Part shown: positions 49,139 through 59,181 of the stretch, in pieces
Layout: each line of letters starts with the position of its first letter
Numbering within the stretch: the first letter of the stretch is position 1
From: Ignavibacteriales bacterium
GTDB taxonomy: Bacteria; Bacteroidota; Ignavibacteria; UBA10030
Length of the DNA stretch: 64,000 nucleotides
NCBI GenBank assembly: GCA_037446575.1
Contig: JBBIII010000005.1
Span: forward strand, 13,033 to 77,032
Direction of reading: 5' to 3'
Translations under genes and position numbers: made by a program
The notes under the pieces: model-generated
What the model was told of the DNA's origin: nothing
Databases searched by the model: none
What the model saw: only the letters and a program-made list of their open reading frames with translations

Positions 49139-50692
49139 TTATTTAATAGCTTGTTTATACTTTTTTACGAATTCTTTTGTTATTTCATGAAGATTTGTTT
49201 CTGTCTCTTTAGCTAAATCTTTAGTTTGAGCAATTGTAAGAAGTATATCTGAATGCTTTGCTTCTATCATCTCAAGAAATTGCTCTTCAAATTTTCTTAC
49301 ATGCTCTATCGGCAATTCATCTAAGTAACCATTCGTGCCTGCAAAAATACTGACTATTTGTTTTTCTACCGGCATCGGCACATATTGACCTTGTTTTAAT
49401 AATTCCACTAGACGCGCTCCGCGTCTTAACGCTTGTTGTGTTGTTTTATCCAAATCTGAACCAAATTTTGCAAAGGCTTCTAGCTCTCGATATTGTGCAA
49501 GGTCTAATCTCAATCGCCCAGCTACTTTTTTCATGGCTTTTATTTGCGCATTTCCGCCTACACGGGATACTGAAATGCCAACATTAATTGCCGGGCGCAC
49601 TCCGGCATTGAATAAATTCGGCTCTAAATAAATTTGTCCATCAGTAATCGAAATAACATTTGTCGGAATATATGCAGATACATCGCCGGCTTGTGTTTCG
49701 ATAATTGGCAAAGCTGTTAAACTTCCTCCTCCAAATTCATCGCTCAATTTTGAAGCTCTCTCCAACAATCGTGAGTGAAGATAAAATACATCTCCGGGGT
49801 ATGCTTCTCGACCCGGCGGCCTGCGTAAAAGCAGTGACATTTGTCGATACGCTTGTGCGTGTTTAGAAAGATCATCGTAAATTACAAGCGCATCTTTGCC
49901 TGCATCACGAAAATACTCTCCTAAAGTTGCTCCAGCGTATGGAGCAATAAATTGCATTGGCGCTGAATCGCTTGCCGATGCTAGGATTACAGTTGTATAA
50001 TCCATTGCATTATTTTCTTCAAGCATTGCTACTACTTGAGCAACAGTAGATCCTTTTTGACCTATTGCCACGTAAATACAAAAAACAGGTTTTATTCCTT
50101 CTTTTTTGGCTTTTTCGGTATGAGTATATTTTTGATTGATAATGGTGTCAATCGCAATTGCTGTTTTACCAGTTTGCCTGTCACCAATAATTAATTCTCG
50201 CTGACCGCGCCCTATAGGTATCATTCCATCAACCGGCTTTAGACCTGTTTGCAGCGGTTCTTTTACAGGATTACGCGCAATTACTCCCAATGCTTTTCTT
50301 TCTAAGGGTAAAAATTGGGTCGCTTTTATCGGTCCCTTACCATCTAATGGTTGCCCTAATGGCGTCATTACTCTTCCGAGCATTTGTTCGCCAACAGCCA
50401 TCGATGCGACGCGTTTTGTCCGCTTTACTATATCGCCTTCTTTTATTTGAGTAGTATCGCCAAAAACTACGCATCCGATATTGTCCTCTTCGAGGTTTAA
50501 CGCCATGCCATAAACATCACCAGGGAATTCTACTAATTCACTTGCCATCACTTGTTTAAGTCCATAGACCCGAGCAATTCCATCGCCTACTTGTAATACT
50601 GTGCCAACATCATAGATGTCAACTTCTTTTTTAAACCCAGAAAGTTGTTCTCTTAATATTGCCGATACTTCATCTGGTCTCACTTCTGCCAT
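49139..50692 (-). CDS. atpA: F-type ATP synthase alpha subunit.
   Basis: 517 aa. P-loop GDRQTGKT and collinear alpha-subunit motifs. Confidence 0.95.
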   Translation of the reverse strand: MAEVRPDEVSAILREQLSGFKKEVDIYDVGTVLQVGDGIARVYGLKQVMASELVEFPGDVYGMALNLEEDNIGCVVFGDTTQIKEGDIVKRTKRVASMAVGEQMLGRVMTPLGQPLDGKGPIKATQFLPLERKALGVIARNPVKEPLQTGLKPVDGMIPIGRGQRELIIGDRQTGKTAIAIDTIINQKYTHTEKAKKEGIKPVFCIYVAIGQKGSTVAQVVAMLEENNAMDYTTVILASASDSAPMQFIAPYAGATLGEYFRDAGKDALVIYDDLSKHAQAYRQMSLLLRRPPGREAYPGDVFYLHSRLLERASKLSDEFGGGSLTALPIIETQAGDVSAYIPTNVISITDGQIYLEPNLFNAGVRPAINVGISVSRVGGNAQIKAMKKVAGRLRLDLAQYRELEAFAKFGSDLDKTTQQALRRGARLVELLKQGQYVPMPVEKQIVSIFAGTNGYLDELPIEHVRKFEEQFLEMIEAKHSDILLTIAQTKDLAKETETNLHEITKEFVKKYKQAIK

Positions 50693-50759
50693 TTTTTACT
50701 TACTCACTTCCAATACAATTTATTAAATGAATAAATCGATTTTTTTATATAGATTTTTG

Positions 50760-51308
50760 TCAGACTTCAACTTCTTCTGCTAACCTCTGTTTTAATAATT
50801 GAAGTTGCCTTTTTACACTTGCATCGTACATTGTATCGCCTATACGCGCAACAAACCCGCCTATCAATTCCTTTTCAACTTCTGCTTCAATTCGTACTTT
50901 CTTTTTCGAATATTCCTCGAATTGATTCTTAAATTCATTTATTTGTTGCTCTGTAAGCCCAACTGCAGATTTCACATGCAAACTTATATATCCTAACTTT
51001 TCATCCTGCAATTTAAAGAAACAGTCAATAATATCCAGAAGCAAATCCTCTCTTTGTTTCTCTGTAATTAGCAATAGAAACTGGAGCGTAATAGGCGCAA
51101 TTTTATTACTGAAAAGCGACTTGAATACCTCTTTCTTTTTATCCTTCTTAATTACAGGGCTTTTCAAAAACAATTTGAATTCGTTAGAGCTGTTAATTAA
51201 CTCCTTAATAGCTGTTAGATTATTGCCTACATCGTTAAGGATTTTAGCTTCTTCAGCGGCAATCATCAAAGCTTCTGCATATCGATTTGCGACTCGTGAG
51301 TTACTCAT
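50760..51308 (-). CDS. atpH: F-type ATP synthase delta (OSCP) subunit.
   Basis: 182 aa. N-terminus ..VANRYAEAL... Positioned between atpF and atpA. Confidence 0.8.
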   Translation of the reverse strand: MSNSRVANRYAEALMIAAEEAKILNDVGNNLTAIKELINSSNEFKLFLKSPVIKKDKKKEVFKSLFSNKIAPITLQFLLLITEKQREDLLLDIIDCFFKLQDEKLGYISLHVKSAVGLTEQQINEFKNQFEEYSKKKVRIEAEVEKELIGGFVARIGDTMYDASVKRQLQLLKQRLAEEVEV

Positions 51309-51311
51309 ACA

Positions 51312-51797
51312 CTAATTCTTAGGAAGCTGATTAATAACTTTGTCAATTAATTTCTTTTGCTTGTTTTCATCCAATGTTTCTTCAAGAATTTTTTCAGTCG
51401 CCTGAATTGCTAAATCGGCTATTTCATTGCGCAACTGCTTTTTTGCCGATTCAATATTACGTTGAATTTCTTCTTTTGCCTGTTTAAGTTCTTGCTCCGA
51501 TTGCAGTTTGGCTTTAGAAACGATTTCATCTTTTAATTTTTCAGCTAATAATTTGCCGTCTCTGATTATTTTTTGATATTCTTCTTCAGCTCGAGCGATG
51601 TTTTTTTCATTCTGCTTTATTAATTCTGCAGTTTCCTCACGCGCCCGCTCTGCTTCATCCAACGCACTACGGATTTTATCTTCACGCTCTTTTAACATCG
51701 ATAAGATAGGTTTCCATGCGTATTTACTTAGAATAATCATAAGTAAAACAAATGTAATTATAGTCCAGACAATAAGTCCGGGATTTATTTCAAACAT
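51312..51797 (-). CDS. atpF: F-type ATP synthase subunit b.
   Basis: 161 aa. One N-terminal TM helix, then a long charged coiled coil. Confidence 0.8.
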   Translation of the reverse strand: MFEINPGLIVWTIITFVLLMIILSKYAWKPILSMLKEREDKIRSALDEAERAREETAELIKQNEKNIARAEEEYQKIIRDGKLLAEKLKDEIVSKAKLQSEQELKQAKEEIQRNIESAKKQLRNEIADLAIQATEKILEETLDENKQKKLIDKVINQLPKN

Positions 51798-51816
51798 TTA
51801 AATACATCCTATGTAA

Positions 51817-52044
51817 TTACTTGAATGCAAGTATAATACAAATAGCTAAAGCAAAAAAGGTTGCGCCTTCGATAAGAGCTGCGGCAATCAACATTGATGT
51901 TCTTACTTCCGATGCTATTTCGGGTTGCCTTCCGCTTGCATCCATAGCGGCTGCGGCAAGTTTACCAATTCCGAATGCTGCGCCAAGCACTACAAGCCCC
52001 GCTCCAAATCCCGCGGCTAAATATGCAATTGCTATTGAGTCCAT
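51817..52044 (-). CDS. atpE: F-type ATP synthase subunit c.
   Basis: 75 aa. Two TM helices with Gly-rich helix 1 (GAGLVVLGAAFGIG) and a carboxylate in helix 2 (..LIEGATFF..). Confidence 0.85.
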   Translation of the reverse strand: MDSIAIAYLAAGFGAGLVVLGAAFGIGKLAAAAMDASGRQPEIASEVRTSMLIAAALIEGATFFALAICIILAFK

Positions 52045-52101
52045 TTTATTCTTTCTCCTAAATTATTTATTGTTAATGATACTGTTTATAATCATATAAA
52101 T

Positions 52102-53016
52102 TTAATGTGTATTTTCTTCATGCTTCGCAGTTGATTTCATACCCAAACCCATAAATAAAGCCGTTAACATTGTAAAAACGTATGCCTGCAGAAAAGCAAC
52201 AAATATCTCTAATAAGTAAATAGCAACAACAAACATTACAGGTATGGGAGCAATAACGAATGACTTAAACACAAATATTAAACCAAGAAGCGATAAAATA
52301 ACAATATGTCCGCCTGTCATGTTTGCAAAAAGACGCATACACAATGCAAATGGCTTTGTGAAGAGCCCTAAAATCTCTATTGGAATCATAATTGGCCAAA
52401 GCAGCCAATGAACGCCCCCGGTAAGATGTTGTAGATAATGCTTAACACCCTGCGCGCGAATTGCAGAATATTGAATCATAATAAACGCTATGATAGCAAG
52501 CCCTGCAGTAACCATAATATTACCGGTAGCTGTTGAACCGAACGGAATAAGCCCGCAAAGATTCATAAATAAAATATAGAAAAACGTTGTAATCAGATAT
52601 GGCACATATTTTATACCCGAATGCCCCATATTAGCAATGGCTATTTCATCTCTAATAAAAACTACGAATACTTCGATAAAATTTAGTAACCCGCTTGGAG
52701 TTGAGGATTTGCGCGCTTTACGCGCCGCATAAATACCAATAATTAATAATAAAAAAGCGCATAATAGTAAAAAGAAAACATGTTTTGTTGGCGATAAGTC
52801 TAACAATATATTTCCAATTTTTATCGGCTCAAATTTCGGCAAATCGAGATAACCGAATGGTGTTTCGATATATTTTGAATCTTTGATATGATCGAGCAAA
52901 TGAACAAAATCAAATTGACCGCCGTGATCTGTTGCGGCGTTATGATGTATATTTTCTACTGCCATAGCAGACGCTTTTTGAGTAGAATCTGATATAATAG
53001 AATTTTCAAACATCAT
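52102..53016 (-). CDS. atpB: F-type ATP synthase subunit a.
   Basis: 304 aa. Multi-TM protein with the conserved Arg region (..LCMRLFANMTGGH..). Confidence 0.85.
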   Translation of the reverse strand: MMFENSIISDSTQKASAMAVENIHHNAATDHGGQFDFVHLLDHIKDSKYIETPFGYLDLPKFEPIKIGNILLDLSPTKHVFFLLLCAFLLLIIGIYAARKARKSSTPSGLLNFIEVFVVFIRDEIAIANMGHSGIKYVPYLITTFFYILFMNLCGLIPFGSTATGNIMVTAGLAIIAFIMIQYSAIRAQGVKHYLQHLTGGVHWLLWPIMIPIEILGLFTKPFALCMRLFANMTGGHIVILSLLGLIFVFKSFVIAPIPVMFVVAIYLLEIFVAFLQAYVFTMLTALFMGLGMKSTAKHEENTH

Positions 53017-53027
53017 TCTTTTTCATT

Positions 53028-53411
53028 CTATTGTTTTGTCGATACTCTTTTTTGAAGATAAAATATTTCTAAAACTAAATTCATAACATAGAAAAACAAC
53101 AACGACAACATCAAAGAAGCCGAATGGAAATGATAAAATCGAATCAGAATTAAAAGAACGCCCCACATCAACAACAACCTAATAACCATTCCGCCAAGCA
53201 CAAATTTTAGAAAAGTGGTATGAGACCTTTTAAATGAGATTTCGATAGCAAGATAGCCAAGCAATAAATTTGTTAAGCTCATTATCCCGCCGGCAATTAT
53301 ACTTTTAATCACTTCCATTGTAGCAAACTCGGAAACAGGATAATACGTAAGAAGCGCCGCGGCGGCAAAACACAAAAAAACTAAACGTAAAAAAGGCCAA
53401 TCTACTTTCAA
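53028..53411 (-). CDS. Small membrane protein, putative AtpI-like ATP-synthase-associated protein.
   Basis: 127 aa with 4 predicted TM segments, immediately upstream of atpB in the same orientation. Confidence 0.4.
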   Translation of the reverse strand: MKVDWPFLRLVFLCFAAAALLTYYPVSEFATMEVIKSIIAGGIMSLTNLLLGYLAIEISFKRSHTTFLKFVLGGMVIRLLLMWGVLLILIRFYHFHSASLMLSLLFFYVMNLVLEIFYLQKRVSTKQ

Positions 53412-53424
53412 AAAAATTACCTAT

Positions 53425-53694
53425 TCAATCTTTCTTTTCTTTTTTTACTATTGATGACACAGTTTTAAAAAATTTTATAAATCCGCCAACGCTACCAAGA
53501 AGCACGCCTATCAACTTTCCGATCGGTTCAATCTCAAATTGCTTATCTACCCAATGACCAATAAGAAAAAATAGAACAACAGTTGCCGCAAGTTGAAACC
53601 CTAACGTAAGGAAAGGCGCATAATCTCTATAAAAATTTTGCGCTTTTTTTGTTTTCCTAACAGCGGATAACTCATCTGGAGATTTAGAACTCAT
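53425..53694 (-). CDS. Small membrane protein, AtpZ/ATPase_gene1-like.
   Basis: 89 aa with 2 TM segments. It is the first gene of the atp cluster. Confidence 0.4.
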   Translation of the reverse strand: MSSKSPDELSAVRKTKKAQNFYRDYAPFLTLGFQLAATVVLFFLIGHWVDKQFEIEPIGKLIGVLLGSVGGFIKFFKTVSSIVKKEKKD

Positions 53695-53721
53695 CTATCG
53701 TTCAGCTCTCCAATTCATTGA

Positions 53722-54057
53722 TTAATGTTTCACTTCATAAGCTGGAGCTTTTTCCGTCATCGAGACCCTTCCATCGAAAATTGCTCCTTCATCGATAATA
53801 AGCCGCGTTGCGCGCACATCACCGCGAACAACCGACTTGCCTTCGAATACTATCTTTTCAGATGCATTTATTGCGCCGCGTACTTTACCGCCAACTGTAA
53901 CATTTTTGGCTGTTACATTACCTTCAATTTCTCCTGTAACACCCACCGCCAACGATTCGCTCGCAATTACTTCGCCAACTAATTTACCATCGATACGCAC
54001 ACTGCCCTGACTTCTAATCTTCCCTTCAACAACAGTTCCTGCGCCCACGAGGTTCAT
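53722..54057 (-). CDS. Bactofilin (polymer-forming cytoskeletal protein, DUF583).
   Basis: Start placed at the internal Met MNLVGAGTVVEGKIRS.GSVRIDGKLVGEV....GNVTAKNVTVGGKVRGAI..SEKIVFEGKSVVRGDV.A.RLIIDEGAIFDG, i.e. a beta-helical bactofilin repeat. The track's longer ORF (to 54153) would overlap the upstream M23 gene. Confidence 0.75.
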   Translation of the reverse strand: MNLVGAGTVVEGKIRSQGSVRIDGKLVGEVIASESLAVGVTGEIEGNVTAKNVTVGGKVRGAINASEKIVFEGKSVVRGDVRATRLIIDEGAIFDGRVSMTEKAPAYEVKH

Positions 54058-54095
54058 TTCTTTAATAGGATCTATTTTATTTGTCACAAGGCACC

Positions 54096-54980
54096 TCAAA
54101 AATAATAATTTATCATATATAATGATGGGTCTACAGAGACGCCATCTTTCCAAACTTCAAAATGTAAATGCGGGCCCGAACTAATAATTCCTGAATTACC
54201 AAGCGTTGCAATAGGTTCACCTCTATATACAACAGCCCCAGCAGATTTCAACAACGATTGATTATGCTTATAGAATGTCAAAAAACCATTTGCATGCGAT
54301 AATATTACCATAAATCCATAATCATATGTCCAACCAGAATAAATTACGCTTCCATCTGCCGCCGCTTTGATAACACTGCCAACTTTACCTGCAATGTCCA
54401 AGCCAAAATGATTTTTTGTTGGTTCAAAACCACGCGTAATATATCCATCTACGGGAAGAATGGCAGGAAACGATACTGGAACCCGATTACTCTTTTCATA
54501 GTTCACTTGCCGCACAACGCCCCCACTTTGGTTAATCCCAAATAATCGAGAGGTCTGGGACTCATTCTTAGTTGATTGGTATAAATTCTTTTCTGTTTCA
54601 GATACTTTTGGAAGAATTTTTGAATCACTTGAATCATTGAAACTAACGCTTTCTCCTAATGCTTGCCTTAATTTTATATTATAAGCCCTTAATTCAACAA
54701 GATTTTCCATCATTCTCATCATTTTACTATTTATCGAAATCAATTCCTTGGAGTATTTATTTTCAAGTCTTGGGTTAGATAAGGGTAACAAATCACCGAC
54801 TGGAGTATATGAAAAAGCCAATAATACAACGACTGCCGAAACGATTGCAAAAAGAGACAGAATAACAATTACTTGCCATAAAGCAAGCCGAAAATTTTTA
54901 GCTTTGCTGGCGTCTTCATCGGGTATTAAGATTACCGAATAACCTTTTTTCTTTGTTATATGATGGTTGTCTCTGCTCAA
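54096..54980 (-). CDS. M23-family (LytM-like) peptidoglycan metalloendopeptidase with an N-terminal TM anchor.
   Basis: 294 aa. TM helix, coiled coil, then an M23 domain (HFGLDIAG..G..I.AAADG.V.YSG...YG..VIL.H..G..T.Y.H......G..V..G..I...G..G.SSGPHLHFEV). Confidence 0.8.
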   Translation of the reverse strand: MSRDNHHITKKKGYSVILIPDEDASKAKNFRLALWQVIVILSLFAIVSAVVVLLAFSYTPVGDLLPLSNPRLENKYSKELISINSKMMRMMENLVELRAYNIKLRQALGESVSFNDSSDSKILPKVSETEKNLYQSTKNESQTSRLFGINQSGGVVRQVNYEKSNRVPVSFPAILPVDGYITRGFEPTKNHFGLDIAGKVGSVIKAAADGSVIYSGWTYDYGFMVILSHANGFLTFYKHNQSLLKSAGAVVYRGEPIATLGNSGIISSGPHLHFEVWKDGVSVDPSLYMINYYF

Positions 54981-55163
54981 TATTCAACCTGAATATATTT
55001 TTTTGAAATAAAGTATAGCAAAAAATAGACTGAAAATCAAAAATAATCATCATCTTGACTTAGGAGGCGATTTTCTGTACCTTAATATTGTTGTTGGTGA
55101 AGCTGTAATAAAAATTTTCGCTCGCCAACTTAAAAGTATCTCAAAATTAGGATAGGATATTAT

Positions 55164-55583
55164 ATGGCAAAATCGAAATTTATTATGCATTACTGTGCAT
55201 ACTGCCATCGAGATACAAAAATGGAATTTGTGGGCAAACATCCATCGGATAACAATGATGCTGATGTTGTTAAAAGCTGGTACCGGTGTACAAAGTGTAA
55301 GCATAGCGCTCTTTTAAAAATATCTCTTGCAAATCAATCTCCAAAAGTAAATGCTATAATAGAGCGAAAAGATTGTACAGAATATTCGAAAGATAAAATT
55401 TTCACAGTTGGAGAACCAATATATTATCCAGACTGGGATGATGTTGGGAAGGTAATAAGAAAAGATAAAATGTCGAACGGAACAAATTCTATAGTTGTAG
55501 CTTTTGAAAAATTAGGCGAACGCAAGTTGCTAGAAAATGTTATTATTGATTCAGATGAATCAATGCAAAATAAAAGTGTATAA
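55164..55583 (+). CDS. Hypothetical protein with an N-terminal C4 zinc-ribbon.
   Basis: 139 aa with CAYC....CTKC spaced like a zinc ribbon. It sits directly upstream of rpsU. Confidence 0.4.
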   Translation: MAKSKFIMHYCAYCHRDTKMEFVGKHPSDNNDADVVKSWYRCTKCKHSALLKISLANQSPKVNAIIERKDCTEYSKDKIFTVGEPIYYPDWDDVGKVIRKDKMSNGTNSIVVAFEKLGERKLLENVIIDSDESMQNKSV

Positions 55584-55610
55584 AATATCTTTAATAAAGG
55601 AGGTGATTTC

Positions 55611-55805
55611 TTGGTCGGCATTATAATAGGTGATAATGAACCGATTGATCGCGCAATACGACGCTTTAAGAAAAAATACGAGCGATCCGGTATTCTAAAA
55701 GAAGTAAAGAAGCGGTCATTTTTCACTAAACCTTCGGTCAAGAAGAGAATGAAATTAGCAAAAGCTATTCGACGTTCTCAACGTGCGGCAATGGAAGAAA
55801 TGTGA
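55611..55805 (+). CDS. rpsU: Ribosomal protein S21.
   Basis: 64 aa. ..[37 protein letters not shown].. matches S21. It uses a TTG start at 55611, with an AAAGGAGG Shine-Dalgarno sequence 7 nt upstream. Confidence 0.85.
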   Translation: MVGIIIGDNEPIDRAIRRFKKKYERSGILKEVKKRSFFTKPSVKKRMKLAKAIRRSQRAAMEEM

Positions 55806-55825
55806 TTTTTTCTTTTGGTGTGAGT

Positions 55826-55864
55826 AGCCCCTTCAAATTTAATTTTGAAGGGGCTTTTTTTTTA
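55826..55864 (+). terminator. Rho-independent terminator after rpsU.
   Basis: agccccttcaa-atttaatt-ttgaaggggct forms an 11-bp stem, followed by a run of 9 T. Confidence 0.6.
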
Positions 55865-56386
55865 CTTCTTATCAATAATAGGTTCTTCGCGCTGTAGAGC
55901 AACTTCTATTAAATGCTGAGTAGTTTGAAAATCGGCAGAACGTTGAGAATGAACCACGACCCAGCGGTTATCTATTCGCTCTAAAACATAAGTAGTGGGC
56001 AAATACTCGTCCATTAGAATGCCATTTAGCGTATAAGTTTGCCTAAGTATAAAGAAAGCATACGCCCCATTTCCATATACTTTTACTTTCACTCTCTCTA
56101 ATCTATTTTCATAATCCCTTATTAACGGCAAGGCATTTCTAATACGAGTTTTTGTCGTATCTATCGGTTCGCTCAAGCCCCAATAAGTTACATAATAAAC
56201 ATCTTTAGCAAAAAAATGATTAATTAAACTATCTGTATTAATTGGCGCTCCGTTATATGCTTGTTTCAGAGTATTATGATAATCAAAAATTCCTTTTTCG
56301 ATAAATGCAATATCTTCATCGGCAACGTCTCCATTTGAACCGCACGAGCATAGAAAAATCAAAGCAACAAAAGGTAATATTTTCAT
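55862..56386 (-). CDS. Hypothetical lipoprotein (SnoaL/NTF2-like size and pattern).
   Basis: 174 aa with a lipoprotein signal MKILPFVALIFLCSCGS. Confidence 0.45.
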   Translation of the reverse strand: MKILPFVALIFLCSCGSNGDVADEDIAFIEKGIFDYHNTLKQAYNGAPINTDSLINHFFAKDVYYVTYWGLSEPIDTTKTRIRNALPLIRDYENRLERVKVKVYGNGAYAFFILRQTYTLNGILMDEYLPTTYVLERIDNRWVVVHSQRSADFQTTQHLIEVALQREEPIIDKK

Positions 56387-56419
56387 AATGACCTCGCTTA
56401 TTGATAAATATGATAATTT

Positions 56420-57403
56420 CTACCGATAAAAATTGCGTTCCCAGGCATGTTTTTTTAATTCTGTCATCATAAATTCACTTAATTTCACTCCATCAGAAAC
56501 CTTACAATTCGCCTCAACGTTTGCCACCGTACGCATACCCGGAATTACAGTCGAGACCGCCAGATGCTGTAAGCAGAAACGAAGCGCAAGCTCAGACAAT
56601 GTATTGATTTCATCTCCTAATAAGTTTTTCAACTTTTCTGTTCTTTCAAAAATTTGTTGTTTTCTATCATCACGAAAATATCTGTTGCGGAAATCGCCTT
56701 CTGGAAAAATAGACTGCGGATTAATTTTTCCTGTCAAACCGCCTTCATCGAGTGGCACGCGAACAATTACTCCAATATCCATCTTTTGACAAAGCGGAAA
56801 AAGATTTTTTTCGGGAGATTGATCAAAAATATTGTAAATAACTTGAATTGAATCGACTAAACCTGTTTCTGCAAGTTTTAAAGCATTATCCGGCTGATGG
56901 TCATTAATTGAAACGCCGAAGAAACGAATTTTTCCATCTTCTTTCAATTTAGCAATTGCATCCTGCCATTCTTTCTCCGTTGCCCAACTATCATCCCATA
57001 CATGAAACTGTTGAATATCAATTGTATCTGTTCTTAAGTTACTTAAACTAGTTTCCGTGGATTTAATGATATAGTCGTAAGGAAACGCATCGCGCAAAGG
57101 TGTTCCCAGACGCGCGGGCCACTTACCGTTTTTTGGCGGAATTTTAGATGCCACATAAATTTTTTCGCTCCTCTTTTTTAATACTCCGCCAACCAAACTT
57201 TCTGAATGCCCATCTCCATATATTAAAGCGGTATCGACAAAATTTACTCCTAAATCGAATGCACGATATAAAGCTTGGATAGAATCAGCATCTTTTGACC
57301 CTTGCCACATTGCGCCGCCAATTCCCCATGCCCCATATCCAATTTCTGAAATTAAAAGTTCGGTTTTGCCAAATCTTCTATATTCCATTTTATTCCTCTG
57401 CAA
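56420..57403 (-). CDS. Aldo/keto reductase family oxidoreductase.
   Basis: 327 aa. YRRFGKT.L.IS.IG.G.W..G...W......D....L..A.D.G.NF.DTA..YG.G.SE, i.e. the AKR catalytic tetrad region. Confidence 0.85.
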   Translation of the reverse strand: MQRNKMEYRRFGKTELLISEIGYGAWGIGGAMWQGSKDADSIQALYRAFDLGVNFVDTALIYGDGHSESLVGGVLKKRSEKIYVASKIPPKNGKWPARLGTPLRDAFPYDYIIKSTETSLSNLRTDTIDIQQFHVWDDSWATEKEWQDAIAKLKEDGKIRFFGVSINDHQPDNALKLAETGLVDSIQVIYNIFDQSPEKNLFPLCQKMDIGVIVRVPLDEGGLTGKINPQSIFPEGDFRNRYFRDDRKQQIFERTEKLKNLLGDEINTLSELALRFCLQHLAVSTVIPGMRTVANVEANCKVSDGVKLSEFMMTELKKHAWERNFYR

Positions 57404-57631
57404 TTAATTGCTTGTAAATTTTTTCCATTTTTCCTCAAGCTCGTCTTTGCTATGCTTCGGAAAAAACTTGTTGTGCAATTGTATTAATTGTTTCATGCTC
57501 AAAGAATCCAATTCTTCGTCATCCTTATCTCGCTTTGCTGACATCACAAAAAAAGCGCGTTCTTCAGCATTCATCTTGGTAATTTTTTGTTTAAGCTGTT
57601 GAACCATTTTACGCTGTTCTACAGAAGTCAT
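57404..57631 (-). CDS. Small hypothetical protein, co-transcribed with the POT transporter.
   Basis: 75 aa, charged and helical. Its start overlaps the POT gene stop by 4 nt (ATGA). Confidence 0.35.
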   Translation of the reverse strand: MTSVEQRKMVQQLKQKITKMNAEERAFFVMSAKRDKDDEELDSLSMKQLIQLHNKFFPKHSKDELEEKWKKFTSN

Positions 57632-59127
57632 TTTGCCATCTCGCCTGCATTTTCTTGTTTGTGTTTAATAGTAATAAGAAGTCCGCCGCCGCCAAGCAAT
57701 ATCATTAAAATTGATTGCACCATTAATTTATAACTTACCGCTTCGCCTGAAATGGAGTTGTAGAAAAATGCAATCCCTGTTAATAAAAGACAAATATAAA
57801 TAACAAACATAACCCGCCGCGCCAACATGTTTGTTTTTGGTGTGTTGACAGCAAAAAATCGATTGTATATTAACAATCCTGATACAGCTACAATTCCAAG
57901 AATCGCAAATAATATCCAAAACTCATGAATGTTTCCTTCGATTCCTGTTTTACCAATTAACGGCTTAAGCTTTGCTTCGTACAACATACCGCCTAAATTT
58001 GAACCAATCAAACTTCCGATAACTCCATAAAGTGAAGCATATCCCATATATACAGCTTTTTTATCTACCGGAGCAATGAGACCTACATAGCTTAAATATT
58101 TTGGATGCGCTGTCATTTCGCCAATTGAAAAAATAACTATTCCTGCTATAAATATCCACACTGTATTTGCATAAGCTAAGCAAAGAAAACCAGCAGAACC
58201 TATTATCATACCGGTTATCATAGTTGGCAAAGGTTTAATTTTTTGGACAACTTTACTAACAACAACTTGCAATAATATAATTGTGCCGGCATTAAGAACT
58301 GTTACATGTTCGACATCGAAGGTTATTGGAATCCCCAATGAAGAAAAGAATGTATTGATTGGAGTTTTATCTATAAAATCCCGCAAGAACCACAATACAG
58401 AACCGAAATTCTGAAAATACAAAATCCAAAAACCCGAGTAAAGTATTAGCATAAGCATAAATCTAGAATCGCCTAACACAAGCGCGGCTCCGGCAAGCAC
58501 TTCTTTAAAAGTCTTTTTGTTGTTTTTCCTAGGCGGATCACGGTAAATAAAAACGGTTGGTATTAACATTATCAAACAATAAAGTGAAGAAGCTATAAAA
58601 ACATAGCTCCAAGAAAATCCTTTCAAGTAGCTAACTACAAGCGGAGCAAGGAATGCGCCTAAGTTAATCATCCAATAAAAAATTCCGAAACCAAAGCCGG
58701 AATTTTGCTCAGTTGTTGTCCGGGCAATTGTACCCGAAATAATCGGTTTGAAAAGGCCAGCTCCTGTTGCAAGCACTAGTAAGCTGACAAAAACAGTCCC
58801 ATAAGTACTCATATTTCCAGTTGAATAATAACCTATAGCTAATAAAGAAAATGCAACCATAAGCATTCTTCTGTAACCGTACCTATCAGCCAGAGCGCCG
58901 CCCAGAATTGGAGCAACATAAACCAATGCATAAATTATGCTTTGAAGAAATCCTACCGATTGCTCCGAAAATCCAAGTCCCCCTTGTGCAATAGAATTTG
59001 TAAGATAAATAGCAAGAACAGAATTCATCCCATAATAAGCGGCGCGTTCGAATAATTCCATAATATTTGCCACCCAAAAAACTTTTGGGAATGATTTTAA
59101 AATAGATTGTGAAGGCGTTGTAGTCAT
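57628..59127 (-). CDS. POT/PTR2-family proton-dependent oligopeptide transporter (MFS).
   Basis: 499 aa. ELFERAAYYGMNSVLAIYL is a PTR2 signature (ExxERFxYYG). About 14 TM segments. Confidence 0.8.
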   Translation of the reverse strand: MTTTPSQSILKSFPKVFWVANIMELFERAAYYGMNSVLAIYLTNSIAQGGLGFSEQSVGFLQSIIYALVYVAPILGGALADRYGYRRMLMVAFSLLAIGYYSTGNMSTYGTVFVSLLVLATGAGLFKPIISGTIARTTTEQNSGFGFGIFYWMINLGAFLAPLVVSYLKGFSWSYVFIASSLYCLIMLIPTVFIYRDPPRKNNKKTFKEVLAGAALVLGDSRFMLMLILYSGFWILYFQNFGSVLWFLRDFIDKTPINTFFSSLGIPITFDVEHVTVLNAGTIILLQVVVSKVVQKIKPLPTMITGMIIGSAGFLCLAYANTVWIFIAGIVIFSIGEMTAHPKYLSYVGLIAPVDKKAVYMGYASLYGVIGSLIGSNLGGMLYEAKLKPLIGKTGIEGNIHEFWILFAILGIVAVSGLLIYNRFFAVNTPKTNMLARRVMFVIYICLLLTGIAFFYNSISGEAVSYKLMVQSILMILLGGGGLLITIKHKQENAGEMAK

Positions 59128-59181
59128 ATTATTTTTTCTTTCCTTTCGCTATGTTTATTGACTTTTAGGAGACTGTGTTAT

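Noticed and set aside
54058-54153. 32-codon N-terminal extension of the bactofilin ORF.
   Set aside because: It would overlap the upstream M23 peptidase gene (which ends at 54096) by about 58 nt. The bactofilin repeat starts at the internal Met (MNLVGAG..).
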